Counted from the first letter of the stretch, positions 1 through 6,932 are shown. The stretch is DNA of 14,392 bases from Leidyana gryllorum EB-2025a (GCA_048772705.1 JBLWGC010000084.1:1-14392), one strand, 5' to 3'. Notes: generated by a model not told the origin, from the sequence alone. Numbers and translations are program-made.

Positions 1-49
1 AAATCCCCGGTTCCGTAGACCGATGCCATATCCATTAGGCCATAGCGCC
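1..49 (-). tRNA. tRNA-Arg: tRNA-Arg(ACG), 3' part outside the window
   Basis: Revcomp GGCGCTATGGCCTAATGGATATGGCA-TCGGT CT ACG GA ACCGG. Confidence 0.8.
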
Positions 50-172
50 GACTAACGGAGCCGTCAAATGGAAGTGTGTAGCGATCCAGAGAGGACATGC
101 GCAGCTACGCCCGATCGTGGGTTTGGACAGGCTTCACCTACACCTCCCATTCGAGACATCGGTGGACATACT

Positions 173-243
173 ATCCAAGCCAGGATTCGGGCCTGGGTAT
201 GCACGGCCACAACTTGCTGTTGTAAGCACCAGACGACCCGGAC
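173..243 (-). pseudogene. tRNA-His(GTG) pseudogene
   Basis: Degenerate copy of 12816-12887; D arm and T-loop damaged. Confidence 0.75.
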
Positions 244-378
244 GATCTTCAAGTGAGGCTGGTATGTCGGCGTGATCAAGTGAGTGGATCTCTGATACAG
301 ATTCGGACTTAGTAACCAATTCCATTTGTATTGATCGTGGAATCTTGGGCCTTCCTCGGGTACGGGGCGAGCTTCCTT

Positions 379-451
379 GCCGCCCCAACTCCGTCAGTAG
401 ACCGCAAGACTTTTGAAGGGAGATCCGCGGGTTTGGGCGGCGCGAGCAGTC
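379..451 (+). pseudogene. tRNA-Lys-derived pseudogene (TTT)
   Basis: Homologous to 3450-3522; anticodon, T and acceptor stems broken. Confidence 0.7.
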
Positions 452-512
452 CCAGTGAAGTTCGCGGAACCGTATGTGAAGCCACTGGCCGCAAAATGCC
501 AAGTTCGACAGC

Positions 513-594
513 GGCAACTTGCCCGAGTGGTTAAGGGGGTAAACTAGAAATCTACTGGGCCTGGCCCGCGCTGGTTCAAATCCAGCAGTTGTCG
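513..594 (+). tRNA. tRNA-Ser: tRNA-Ser(AGA), one anticodon-stem mismatch
   Basis: 82 nt, GGCAACT/AGTTGTC-G acceptor, CT AGA AA loop, long variable arm. Confidence 0.85.
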
Positions 595-669
595 TGCGAT
601 GTGATCGGAGGGTCAAACACCAACTCACGCTTGAATTTCTGAATGGTGGAAAAGCAACCATGTGTCATC

Positions 670-740
670 TGCATCTGCCGGGAATCGAACCCGGGTCGTC
701 TCAATGGCAACGAGACATTCTACCACTAGACCACAGATGC
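670..740 (-). tRNA. tRNA-Gly: tRNA-Gly(GCC)
   Basis: 71 nt, GCATCTG/CAGATGC-A, TT GCC AT loop, GGTTCGATTCC B box. Confidence 0.92.
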
Positions 741-820
741 GTGACACCTTGTTGTTGAAGCTCGTACACGGTAACGGCCGTTTTCTGAACGAATGGAATG
801 TCCGTGGCGTGTTCAGAGTG

Positions 821-885
821 TCCGAGATAGCATAGTCGTTACTATTTTCGCATGTCACGCCTAAGAAGCGGGCCGATTGCCGGTA
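821..885 (+). pseudogene. tRNA-Asp(GTC) pseudogene
   Basis: Degenerate, 3'-truncated copy of 1195-1266. Confidence 0.7.
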
Positions 886-912
886 AATGAGTCTGGAACG
901 GGGGATGGTTTT

Positions 913-984
913 GGGCCTATGGCACAACGGTAGCGCGTCTGACTACAGATCAGAAGAATGGGTGTTCGAATCACTCTGGGCTCA
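913..984 (+). tRNA. tRNA-Trp body with ACA (Cys) anticodon; possibly a pseudogene
   Basis: Four differences from Trp 14319-14390, including C34>A and a D-stem mismatch. Confidence 0.65.
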
Positions 985-1020
985 ACCGGACTCTATGTTT
1001 TTCCCGTTTGGGGCGCAACC

Positions 1021-1100
1021 TGACAAAAGTGGGATTCGAACCCACGACCTTTCGGTCTCCGGTCTGAGCACAGCGCCTCAGACCACTCGGTCATCTTGCC
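1021..1100 (-). tRNA. tRNA-Leu: tRNA-Leu(CAG), anticodon-stem mismatch; possibly a pseudogene
   Basis: 80 nt, GGCAAGATGACCGAGTGGTCTGAGGCG...CT CAG AC...GGTTCGAATCCCAC. Confidence 0.65.
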
Positions 1101-1194
1101 GGGATGTTGTTGGCTCGCCGCTCCACGCGTTTTCTATCCCTGGAATCTCAAGTTGGAAGGATGTTTGGGGTTTCACGCCGGTGTGTTCGGAGCG

Positions 1195-1266
1195 TCCGAG
1201 ATAGTATAGTGGTTAGTATTTCCGCCTGTCACGCGGAAGACCCGGGTTCGATTCCCGGTCTCGGAG
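1195..1266 (+). tRNA. tRNA-Asp: tRNA-Asp(GTC)
   Basis: 72 nt, TCCGAGA/TCTCGGA-G, TCCGC CT GTC AC GCGGA. Confidence 0.95.
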
Positions 1267-1320
1267 CACAGTTGATCTCGCTTAAGATTGTCTTTTTAGG
1301 TGCCGCTGAAAGTTGCGAGC

Positions 1321-1393
1321 TACAGCCACCGAGGATCGAACTCGGGACCTTCTGCGTGTTAAGCAGACGTCGTAACCACTAGACCATGGCTCC
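1321..1393 (-). tRNA. tRNA-Val: tRNA-Val(AAC), acceptor mismatch at position 2
   Basis: One nt different from 6860-6932. Confidence 0.85.
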
Positions 1394-1457
1394 ATGGATG
1401 GTCCCCGCAGCCCAAGAGAAGTGGCGAAGCTTCAGGGGGTAGTGAGGACCAGTTCAA

Positions 1458-1527
1458 GGGTCGCGCCGGGATCGAACCCAGGTCGGAAAATCCAAAGTGT
1501 CGAGTGCTAACCACCAAGGACGCAACC
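1458..1527 (-). pseudogene. tRNA-Gln(TTG) pseudogene
   Basis: Degenerate homolog of 8290-8361 with deletions. Confidence 0.75.
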
Positions 1528-1684
1528 GGTTCAGCCCATCCCAGAAGAGTCGGACTAGCGCTTCCTCAACTGGACACATGCAACACGGGTCTTGTATACA
1601 GACCCCAGCGTAAAGAGTTGGATTCGAGTCGGGCAAAAACCTCAGTTCAATCATTGAAGCAGTTGCGCTCTCCCCGAGTGCCAC

Positions 1685-1766
1685 GGACAATGGTGAGATT
1701 TGAACTCACGTGGGTAAAACCCAACGGCTTAGCAGGCCGCCGCCTCAAACACTGTGCCACCTTGCC
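1685..1766 (-). pseudogene. tRNA-Ser(GCT), probable pseudogene
   Basis: About 10 differences from 7232-7313, hitting D arm, T-loop and discriminator. Confidence 0.75.
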
Positions 1767-1861
1767 GAGAGTGCAACGGATCACACCTTCCCTCGGGCAC
1801 CCCGTGCGAACTGTTGTAGGAAGAGGAGAGTCTCTCTACTAACCTCTGAAACATTGTAAGG

Positions 1862-1934
1862 GGTCTTGTAGCTCAGGCGGCAGAGGGTGTGGCTGTTAAC
1901 GGCAAAATCGCAGGCTCGGAACCTGCCAGGAGCG
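1862..1934 (+). pseudogene. tRNA-Asn(GTT), probable pseudogene
   Basis: TAGCTCAG..CT GTT AA..GCAGG/CCTGC T stem, G73; several stem mismatches. Confidence 0.7.
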
Positions 1935-1978
1935 CTTTCAGAGGCACGCTAGACACTGACTGCGCTGCTCTCGCAATG

Positions 1979-2028
1979 GCAATTGTGGTCTGCGACCCTT
2001 CAAAGATGGTGAGATCCCGGCACGTGCA
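1979..2028 (+). pseudogene. tRNA-Gly(TCC)-derived remnant
   Basis: Deleted homolog of 7717-7787 with the same 3' flank GCCGTA. Confidence 0.55.
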
Positions 2029-2041
2029 GCCGTACGTACTT

Positions 2042-2114
2042 TGGACGACCTGGGCATCGATCCCAGTACCTCTCGCATGCTAAGCGAGCGCTCTACCATT
2101 TGAGCTAGTCGCCC
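2042..2114 (-). tRNA. tRNA-Ala: tRNA-Ala(AGC)
   Basis: 73 nt, G3.T70 pair, CTCGC TT AGC AT GCGAG, eukaryotic GATCG T-loop. Confidence 0.95.
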
Positions 2115-2201
2115 GTTGCGCAGACCCCATCGCATGTGTTGGTTCTCAAATATTATGACCACTCTCGCGACTGTGCTCACAGCGTTGCACGACCGACAGG
2201 C

Positions 2202-2273
2202 GGCTGTTTGGTCTAGTGGTATAATTCTTCCTTCGGGTGGAAGAAGTCCTGGGTTCGATTCCCAGAACAGCCC
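2202..2273 (+). tRNA. tRNA-Pro: tRNA-Pro(CGG)
   Basis: GGCTGTT/AACAGCC-C, CTTCC TT CGG GT GGAAG; one D-stem change. Confidence 0.87.
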
Positions 2274-2353
2274 GTTGGTTGTCGGTTGACCCGACGCTCT
2301 ATCTCAGATCAAGAGGGTACGGCTCTCGGCTAAAGCTGCAGCTGAGGAAGTTG

Positions 2354-2426
2354 TCCACTGTAGTCTAAGTGGCTAGGATATGCGGCTCTCACCCGCACGA
2401 TCCGGGTTCAAGTCCCGGCAGTGGAA
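2354..2426 (+). tRNA. tRNA-Glu: tRNA-Glu(CTC)
   Basis: TCCACTG/CAGTGGA-A, TGCGG CT CTC AC CCGCA. Confidence 0.95.
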
Positions 2427-2502
2427 GTCATTGGACCATTCGAGCAAAGTGCCTCAGTAATCCCCGTTAATAGTGACTGATTCGTGATCTTTGGCTTGCA
2501 TT

Positions 2503-2574
2503 GCCTTCTTAGCTTAGGGGCAGAGCATTCGTTTAGTAAGCGAAAGGTCGCCGGTTCGATTCCGGCAGAAGGCT
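2503..2574 (+). tRNA. tRNA-Thr: tRNA-Thr(AGT)
   Basis: GCCTTCT/AGAAGGC-T, TT AGT AA loop, intact B box. Confidence 0.92.
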
Positions 2575-2621
2575 TGCTCACGAGCCAATCTATCCTACAA
2601 CTGTTCTCTTCTGCCCACACT

Positions 2622-2693
2622 TAGCAGTGCGTCGTTTCGATCGACGGATCTTTGGGTTATGAGCCCAACACTCTTCCACTGAGCTACACTGCT
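2622..2693 (-). tRNA. tRNA-iMet: initiator tRNA-Met(CAT)
   Basis: A1-T72, GGG/CCC anticodon stem, GATCGAAAC T-loop. Confidence 0.92.
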
Positions 2694-2833
2694 TAGTCTG
2701 CAACATGTCAGAGGTAGCCGAAATGCGATTCTTGAGAGGTTAGTTGCGCTGACTGCCCTACCGAAGTGGGCTAACCAGTTGGCTGTTTTGGTTCTGGGGC
2801 AACTTGTCCGATCGGGTCAACCGACGACCAAGA

Positions 2834-2900
2834 GGGCTGTGCTGGGAATCGAACCAGGACTCCACCCTGAGGAGGGGTCACAGCACTAGACCAAACAGCC
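2834..2900 (-). pseudogene. tRNA-Pro(AGG) pseudogene
   Basis: Deleted and mutated homolog of 10406-10477. Confidence 0.75.
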
Positions 2901-3017
2901 CGTCGGACATAATATGTGAAGAACCACTAATTGCTATGGGGTCTGCACAGCGGGCGACTAGCTGGAATGATATAGCACAGCCACGACCGAATGGAGTTGA
3001 TGCCCGATCACATAACA

Positions 3018-3099
3018 CGACAACTGCTGGATTCGAACCAGCGCGGGCCAGGCCCAGTAGATTTCTAGTCTACCCCCTTAACCACTCGGGCAAGTTGCC
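3018..3099 (-). tRNA. tRNA-Ser: tRNA-Ser(AGA)
   Basis: 82 nt intact cloverleaf, GTAGA CT AGA AA TCTAC. Confidence 0.95.
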
Positions 3100-3157
3100 A
3101 CCTGTCGAATTCGACATGTCGCGGAAGTGACCAAATACCCCCATGTTCAGCCTGCCC

Positions 3158-3230
3158 TGCGGCATTGATAGATGTCTAAACTGACCTCTCGCGTGCAAAG
3201 TCACCGCTCTACCACTTGAGATAGCCGCCC
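3158..3230 (-). pseudogene. tRNA-Ala(TGC) pseudogene, 3' part lost
   Basis: Revcomp GGGCGGCTATCTCAAGTGGTAGAGCG..TT TGC AC GCGAGAGGT. Confidence 0.65.
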
Positions 3231-3316
3231 ACCCGCCAAACCTAGGTGAACTTCCAATCTGAGACCGAGTCACACTTCTCTGGCGCCTCATTCGTCAGTG
3301 CAACTGTTGTGACTCG

Positions 3317-3389
3317 TCCACTGTAGTCTAAGTGGCTAGGATATGCGGCTCTCACCCGCACGATCCGGGTTCAAGTCCCGGCAGTGGAA
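3317..3389 (+). tRNA. tRNA-Glu: tRNA-Glu(CTC)
   Basis: Identical to 2354-2426. Confidence 0.95.
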
Positions 3390-3449
3390 ATCCAGCTGAG
3401 TGTGCTTGTAGGCAACAGTTCCATTCTTACTCCCATGGAAATAGATCCA

Positions 3450-3522
3450 CACCGCCCGCGGGGCTCGAACCCGCGACTGAATGATTAAGAGTCTTGCGCT
3501 CTACCGACTGAGCTAGGGCGGC
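3450..3522 (-). tRNA. tRNA-Lys: tRNA-Lys(CTT), anticodon stem partly mismatched
   Basis: GCCGCCCTAGCTCAGTCGGTAGAGCG CAAGA CT CTT AA TCATT..GGTTCGAGCCCCGCGGGCGGTG. Confidence 0.75.
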
Positions 3523-3732
3523 AGGAATGCAAGGACACAAAGCCCGATAGCCTGACATTTGAAGTGGCTCCGCTCCCACAGCTGGTACCCACAGGTCGTT
3601 CGCGTGGCAGGCGGGACTACTCTTTGATACCATGTCGGAGGCGCGTGACCCCCAACGTTAGAGCCCAGCCTTTCCATTCTCTAGCTTCAAACAGACAGGG
3701 AACGCTTGAAGTGGCGGGACAGAAACCGAGCT

Positions 3733-3812
3733 GGTAAGATGGCTGAGGGGTCTAAGGCGCTGTTTTTAAGTCGCACTCCGAGAGGACGTGGGTCCAAATC
3801 CCACTCTTTTCA
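3733..3812 (+). pseudogene. tRNA-Leu(TAA-like) pseudogene
   Basis: Homolog of the Leu body at 7855-7934 with stem and T-loop lesions. Confidence 0.7.
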
Positions 3813-3848
3813 GGTAGCGCCTCACACGGGAAAAACAAATAGTCTGAT

Positions 3849-3919
3849 TGAGCCCAGAGTGATTCGAAAACCCAACCTTCTGATCTGGAGTCAGACGCGC
3901 TACGTTCCGCCATAGCAAA
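3849..3919 (-). pseudogene. tRNA-Trp(CCA) pseudogene, 5' acceptor strand lost
   Basis: TCTGA CT CCA GA TCAGA retained; D and T arms damaged. Confidence 0.75.
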
Positions 3920-3984
3920 ATCATCCCCCGCTCCAGACTCATTGCCTTGTGGTCCAACATCTCCGATCGTTCCAAACCATCTTT

Positions 3985-4056
3985 AGGGCACGCGCGGAGT
4001 TGAACCACGGACTTGCTGATCTGCAGTCAGCTGCTCTACCACTGAGCTACGTACCC
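3985..4056 (-). tRNA. tRNA-Cys: tRNA-Cys(GCA)
   Basis: GGGTACG/CGTGCCC-T (U73), GCTGA CT GCA GA TCAGC. Confidence 0.93.
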
Positions 4057-4150
4057 ACAAAATACCCGTCATACTCGCTCAACTCGTTTTTTTTCTCATT
4101 TGAAGCAAAACGGCCGTTATTGTGCACGAGCTTGAACAACAACGAGTGAT

Positions 4151-4221
4151 GCATCTGTGGTCTAGTGGTAGAATGTCTCGTTGCCATCGAGACGACCCGC
4201 GTTCGATTCCCGCTAGATGCA
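4151..4221 (+). tRNA. tRNA-Gly: tRNA-Gly(GCC), T-stem mismatches; possibly a pseudogene
   Basis: Three changes relative to 11397-11467. Confidence 0.7.
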
Positions 4222-4261
4222 GAGGACATAGACATACATGATTTAGTGCCAATCAGACACT

Positions 4262-4342
4262 GGCGGACAGCTGTAGCACTCGCAGGGACATATGTGACGG
4301 CGCAGCGCCGAATGGGCGTGGATCCAAATCCCATCCTTGTCA
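4262..4342 (+). pseudogene. old tRNA-Leu-derived pseudogene
   Basis: 3' half GGGCGTGGATCCAAATCCCATCCTTGTCA matches the Leu body; a copy lies at 14206-14285. Confidence 0.5.
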
Positions 4343-4408
4343 GGATAGAACTTGGGATTTTCTTTCCTGCGTGTGAAGCAGACGTCGTAAGCAGTAGACC
4401 ATGGCTGT
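4342..4408 (-). pseudogene. tRNA-Val(CAC) pseudogene, 3'-truncated
   Basis: Revcomp ACAGCCATGGTCTACTGCTTACGACGTCTGC TT CAC AC GCAG. Confidence 0.7.
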
Positions 4409-4484
4409 ACGGAGCTTCCGGGCCGTGAACGGGGCGTATGTCTTTCGAAACACGTATCCGATGAGCCTCACAGAAGTTGGACGG

Positions 4485-4515
4485 CCTGGAGTAGCTCATT
4501 TAGAGAGCATCTAAC
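4485..4515 (+). pseudogene. tRNA-Tyr 5' fragment
   Basis: Shares upstream flank AGTTGGACGG and TAGCTCA..AGAGCATCT with 5094. Confidence 0.5.
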
Positions 4516-4574
4516 GCTCCTGTTACATTTCATCCTGATTGATGCCCCACTGCCTTGATAGCTACTTGCAGATT

Positions 4575-4646
4575 GTCCGAGTCGTCTAGTGGTTGGGACA
4601 GCAAGTTGTGGCCGTGCGAAGCCAGGCTCGATTCCTGGCTGAGGCA
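4575..4646 (+). pseudogene. tRNA-His(GTG), probable pseudogene
   Basis: TT GTG GC loop; acceptor 3' strand mismatched. Confidence 0.75.
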
Positions 4647-4655
4647 CCCACAGGG

Positions 4656-4727
4656 CGCTGTTTGGTCTAGTTACATGATTCTTTCTTCGGCTGGAAGAAG
4701 TCCTGGGTTCAATGCCACGTCTCTCCA
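4656..4727 (+). pseudogene. tRNA-Pro(CGG) pseudogene
   Basis: GCTGTTTGGTCTAG..TT CGG..GGGTTCAA; 3' end lost. Confidence 0.7.
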
Positions 4728-4827
4728 AGGTCGGCTACTATACGCGGCTCCCACTCGTACAATCCCGAATGAAGTCCAGACCAGCTGAGACAAAATCTGA
4801 GTTGCAGCAGTTTTGAGGGGCTGGAAC

Positions 4828-4899
4828 TGCTCGGACCGGGAATCGAACCCGGGTCTTCCGAGTGACAGGCGGAAATACTAACCACTATACTATCTCAAA
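4828..4899 (-). pseudogene. tRNA-Asp(GTC), acceptor stem destroyed
   Basis: Core matches 1195-1266; both ends divergent. Confidence 0.75.
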
Positions 4900-4993
4900 T
4901 GCTCTTTACACGCCGGCCTCCAACCCCAAAAGTTCTTCCATTATGAGATTCCAAGCACAGAAAACGCGTGGAGCGGCGAGCCAACAACATCCC

Positions 4994-5060
4994 GGCAAGA
5001 TGGTCGATTTGTCTAAGGCGCTGTGCTCAGACCGCAGTGCGACAGGGCGAGGATCTGGGG
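4994..5060 (+). pseudogene. tRNA-Leu(CAG) pseudogene, T arm lost
   Basis: Inverted copy of 6575-6639. Confidence 0.7.
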
Positions 5061-5093
5061 TTGAGCCTTTCGAACCCCGGAGCAGTTGGACGG

Positions 5094-5173
5094 CCGGGGG
5101 TAGCTCAGTTGGTAGAGCATCTGACTGTAGTGCTGGCATCAGATAGTCGGCGGTTCGATTCCGTCCCACCGGA
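5094..5173 (+). tRNA. tRNA-Tyr: tRNA-Tyr(GTA) with 7-nt intron (5131-5137)
   Basis: C1-G72, A73; TCTGA CT GTA G [TGCTGGC] A TCAGA; one acceptor mismatch. Confidence 0.85.
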
Positions 5174-5249
5174 AGTAGCAATGTGGTTTCGGCAGACAGC
5201 GTTGATAGGCCAAGTAGACTACTCCGGCGAACATTCCATCGATGTAACT

Positions 5250-5322
5250 CGGATGGGCTGGGAATCGATCCCAGTACCTTTCGTATAGTAAGCCACCGTT
5301 TCGTCCTCTGGGTTAGCCTACC
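5250..5322 (-). pseudogene. tRNA-Ala-derived pseudogene
   Basis: AGGTACTGGGATCGATTCCCAG T arm of the Ala family; D and anticodon arms decayed. Confidence 0.65.
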
Positions 5323-5398
5323 TCGTGGCATTGAGTGATACTTCACGTAGTGAGACGAGTCTCTCGACTTTGCCCAGCTGGTTGAACCACCGGCTAGC

Positions 5399-5470
5399 GG
5401 CTGTTTGGTCTAGTGGTATGATTCTTCCTTCGGGTGGAAGAAGTTCTGGGTTCGATTCCCAGAACAGCCC
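5399..5470 (+). tRNA. tRNA-Pro: tRNA-Pro(CGG)
   Basis: Intact 72-nt cloverleaf. Confidence 0.93.
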
Positions 5471-5532
5471 TATTGGTCGTCAGTGGATCCGACGGGACAA
5501 GTTGCCCCCAGAACCAACACAGCCACCTCGTT

Positions 5533-5586
5533 GGCCAGGCCCAGTAGATTTCTAGTCTACCCCCTTAACCACTCGGGCAAGTTGCC
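5533..5586 (-). pseudogene. tRNA-Ser(AGA) 5' two-thirds, cut at a rearrangement junction
   Basis: Exact match to 3018-3099 up to the variable arm, then Pro-iMet spacer sequence. Confidence 0.8.
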
Positions 5587-5647
5587 GCTGTTGAACTTGG
5601 CATTTTGCGGCCAGTGGCTTCACATACGGTTCAGCGAGCTTTACTAG

Positions 5648-5720
5648 GACTCCTCGCGCTGTCCGAACCCGCGGTCTCTCCATTGAAAGTCTTGCGCTCT
5701 ACGGACTGAGCTAGGGCGGC
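5648..5720 (-). pseudogene. tRNA-Lys-derived pseudogene (TTC in anticodon position)
   Basis: GCCGCCCTAGCTCAGTCCGTAGAGCGCAAGA CT TTC AA TGGAG; 3' half unpaired. Confidence 0.72.
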
Positions 5721-5823
5721 AAACGAAGCTCTAGACTTAGTTACACCCTATTTGCCGTTGGGCGGAGCAGTGGAAGTCATTGGACCGGTGGAACAATGTG
5801 CTTCAGTAACTTCCGTTAACATT

Positions 5824-5894
5824 GCCTTCTTAGCTTGTGGCAGAGCATCCGCTTAGTAAGCGAAAGGTCGCCGGTTCGATTCGGGCGGAAGGCT
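5824..5894 (+). tRNA. tRNA-Thr: tRNA-Thr(AGT), several lesions; possibly a pseudogene
   Basis: 1-nt D-loop deletion, anticodon- and T-stem mismatches relative to 10728-10799. Confidence 0.65.
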
Positions 5895-5920
5895 TACAAC
5901 TGTTCCCTTCTGTGCACACT

Positions 5921-5991
5921 TAGCAGTGCGTCGTTTCGATCGACGGACCTTTGGGTTATGAGCCCAACACTCTTCACTGAGCTACACTGCT
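5921..5991 (-). tRNA. tRNA-iMet: initiator tRNA-Met(CAT), 1-nt deletion in D-loop GG
   Basis: Otherwise identical to 10611-10682. Confidence 0.78.
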
Positions 5992-6132
5992 TAGTTTGCA
6001 ACATGGAAGAGGGAGCCGAAATGCGATTTTTGAGAGGTTAGTTGCGCTGACTGCCCTACCGAAGTGGGCTAACGAGGTGGCTGTGTTGATTCAGAGGGGA
6101 CCTCGTTCCGTCGGGTCAACCGACGACCAAGA

Positions 6133-6204
6133 GGGCTGTTCTGGGAATCGAACTCAGGACTCTCTCCACCCTAAGGAAGGATTATACCACTAGACCAAAC
6201 AGCC
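6133..6204 (-). tRNA. tRNA-Pro: tRNA-Pro(AGG), stem mismatches
   Basis: TT AGG GT loop; D, anticodon and T stems each carry a change. Confidence 0.68.
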
Positions 6205-6293
6205 GCCTAGCCGGGGGTTCAACCCGCTGGGTACAGTCGAGAGACTCGTCTCACTATGTGAAGTCTTACTCAATTCCATGAGGTGGGCACAAA

Positions 6294-6366
6294 GGGAGGC
6301 TAGCCCAGATGATGAGACGGTGGCTTAGTATACGAAAGGTTCTGGGATCGATTCCCAGCCCATCCA
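6294..6366 (+). pseudogene. tRNA-Ala-derived pseudogene (AGT in anticodon position)
   Basis: G3.T70 and GATCG T-loop kept; anticodon stem broken; inverted copy of 5250-5322. Confidence 0.65.
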
Positions 6367-6460
6367 AGCTACATAGATGGAACCCTCGCCGGAGTAGTCT
6401 AGTTGGCCTATCAACGCTGTCCATCAGGTTGAGTAGTAGTTTGCCGATCACCCCTCTACT

Positions 6461-6539
6461 TCCGGTGGGACGGAATCGAACCGCCGACTATCTGATGCCA
6501 GCACTACAGTCGGATGCTCGACCAACTGAGCTACCCCGG
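6461..6539 (-). tRNA. tRNA-Tyr: tRNA-Tyr(GTA) with 7-nt intron (6497-6503); 1-nt acceptor deletion
   Basis: Inverted copy of 5094-5173 with the same intron. Confidence 0.72.
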
Positions 6540-6574
6540 CCGTCCAACTGCGCCGGGGTTCGGAAGGCTCAATC

Positions 6575-6639
6575 CCAGATCCTCGCCCTTTCGGACTGCG
6601 GTCTGAGCACAGCGCCTCAGACCACTCGGTCATCTTGCC
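6575..6639 (-). pseudogene. tRNA-Leu(CAG) pseudogene, T arm and 3' end lost
   Basis: 5' part matches 1021-1100; shares its junction with 4994-5060. Confidence 0.72.
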
Positions 6640-6732
6640 GGGATGTTGTTGGCTCGCCGCTCCACGCGTTTTCTATCCCTGGAATCTCAAGATGAAGCAC
6701 TTTTGGGGTTTCAGGCCGGTGTGTTCGGAGCG

Positions 6733-6804
6733 TCCGAGATAGTATAGTGGTTAGTATTTCCGCCTGTCACGCGGAAGACCCGGGTTCGATTCCCGGTCTC
6801 GGAG
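6733..6804 (+). tRNA. tRNA-Asp: tRNA-Asp(GTC)
   Basis: Identical to 1195-1266. Confidence 0.95.
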
Positions 6805-6859
6805 CACAGTTGATCTCGCTTAAGATTGTCTTTTTTGGTGCCCGCTGAAAGTTGCGAGC

Positions 6860-6932
6860 TACAGCCACCGAGGATCGAACTCGGGACCTTCTGCGTGTTA
6901 AGCAGACGTCGTAACCACTAGACCATGGCTGC
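6860..6932 (-). tRNA. tRNA-Val: tRNA-Val(AAC)
   Basis: GCAGCCA/TGGCTGT-A, TCTGC TT AAC AC GCAGA. Confidence 0.95.

Larger units (their letters stand above)
260..800. repeat. (Ile)-Lys-Ser-Gly cassette; copies at about 11005-11533, 11960-12355, 8606-8934 and inverted at 5533-5745
   Basis: Shared spacers such as AAGTGAGTGGATCTCTGATA and AACCGTATGTGAAGCCACT. Confidence 0.88.
1050..1766. repeat. Leu-Asp-Val-Gln-Ser cassette; near-identical direct copy at about 6590-7313, diverged copies at about 7855-8410 and 9459-10040
   Basis: Same gene order and alignable spacers. Confidence 0.9.
2354..2900. repeat. Glu-Thr-iMet-Pro cassette; copies at about 5767-6204, inverted at 10406-10948, partial at 13798-14000
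   Basis: Same gene order and spacers. Confidence 0.88.
4828..6804. repeat. large inverted repeat with arms at about 4828-5495 and 6105-6804 (Asp-Leu-Tyr-Ala-Pro)
   Basis: Genes and spacers align as reverse complements. Confidence 0.85.

Noticed and set aside
1530-1680. Conserved Gln-Ser spacer with B-box-like GGATTCGAGTC as a possible ncRNA
   Set aside because: Conservation is explained by recent duplication (7070-7230). I could not fold it or assign a family; it may be a very old tRNA relic.
1979-2028. TCA triplet in the anticodon position of a Gly remnant (suppressor or tRNA-Sec)
   Set aside because: D arm and part of the T arm are deleted, and it has no Sec-type long arms.
6294-6366. 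Ala body with AGT anticodon as a Thr-to-Ala mistranslator
   Set aside because: D and anticodon stems are broken, and the sister copy reads ACT, consistent with random decay.
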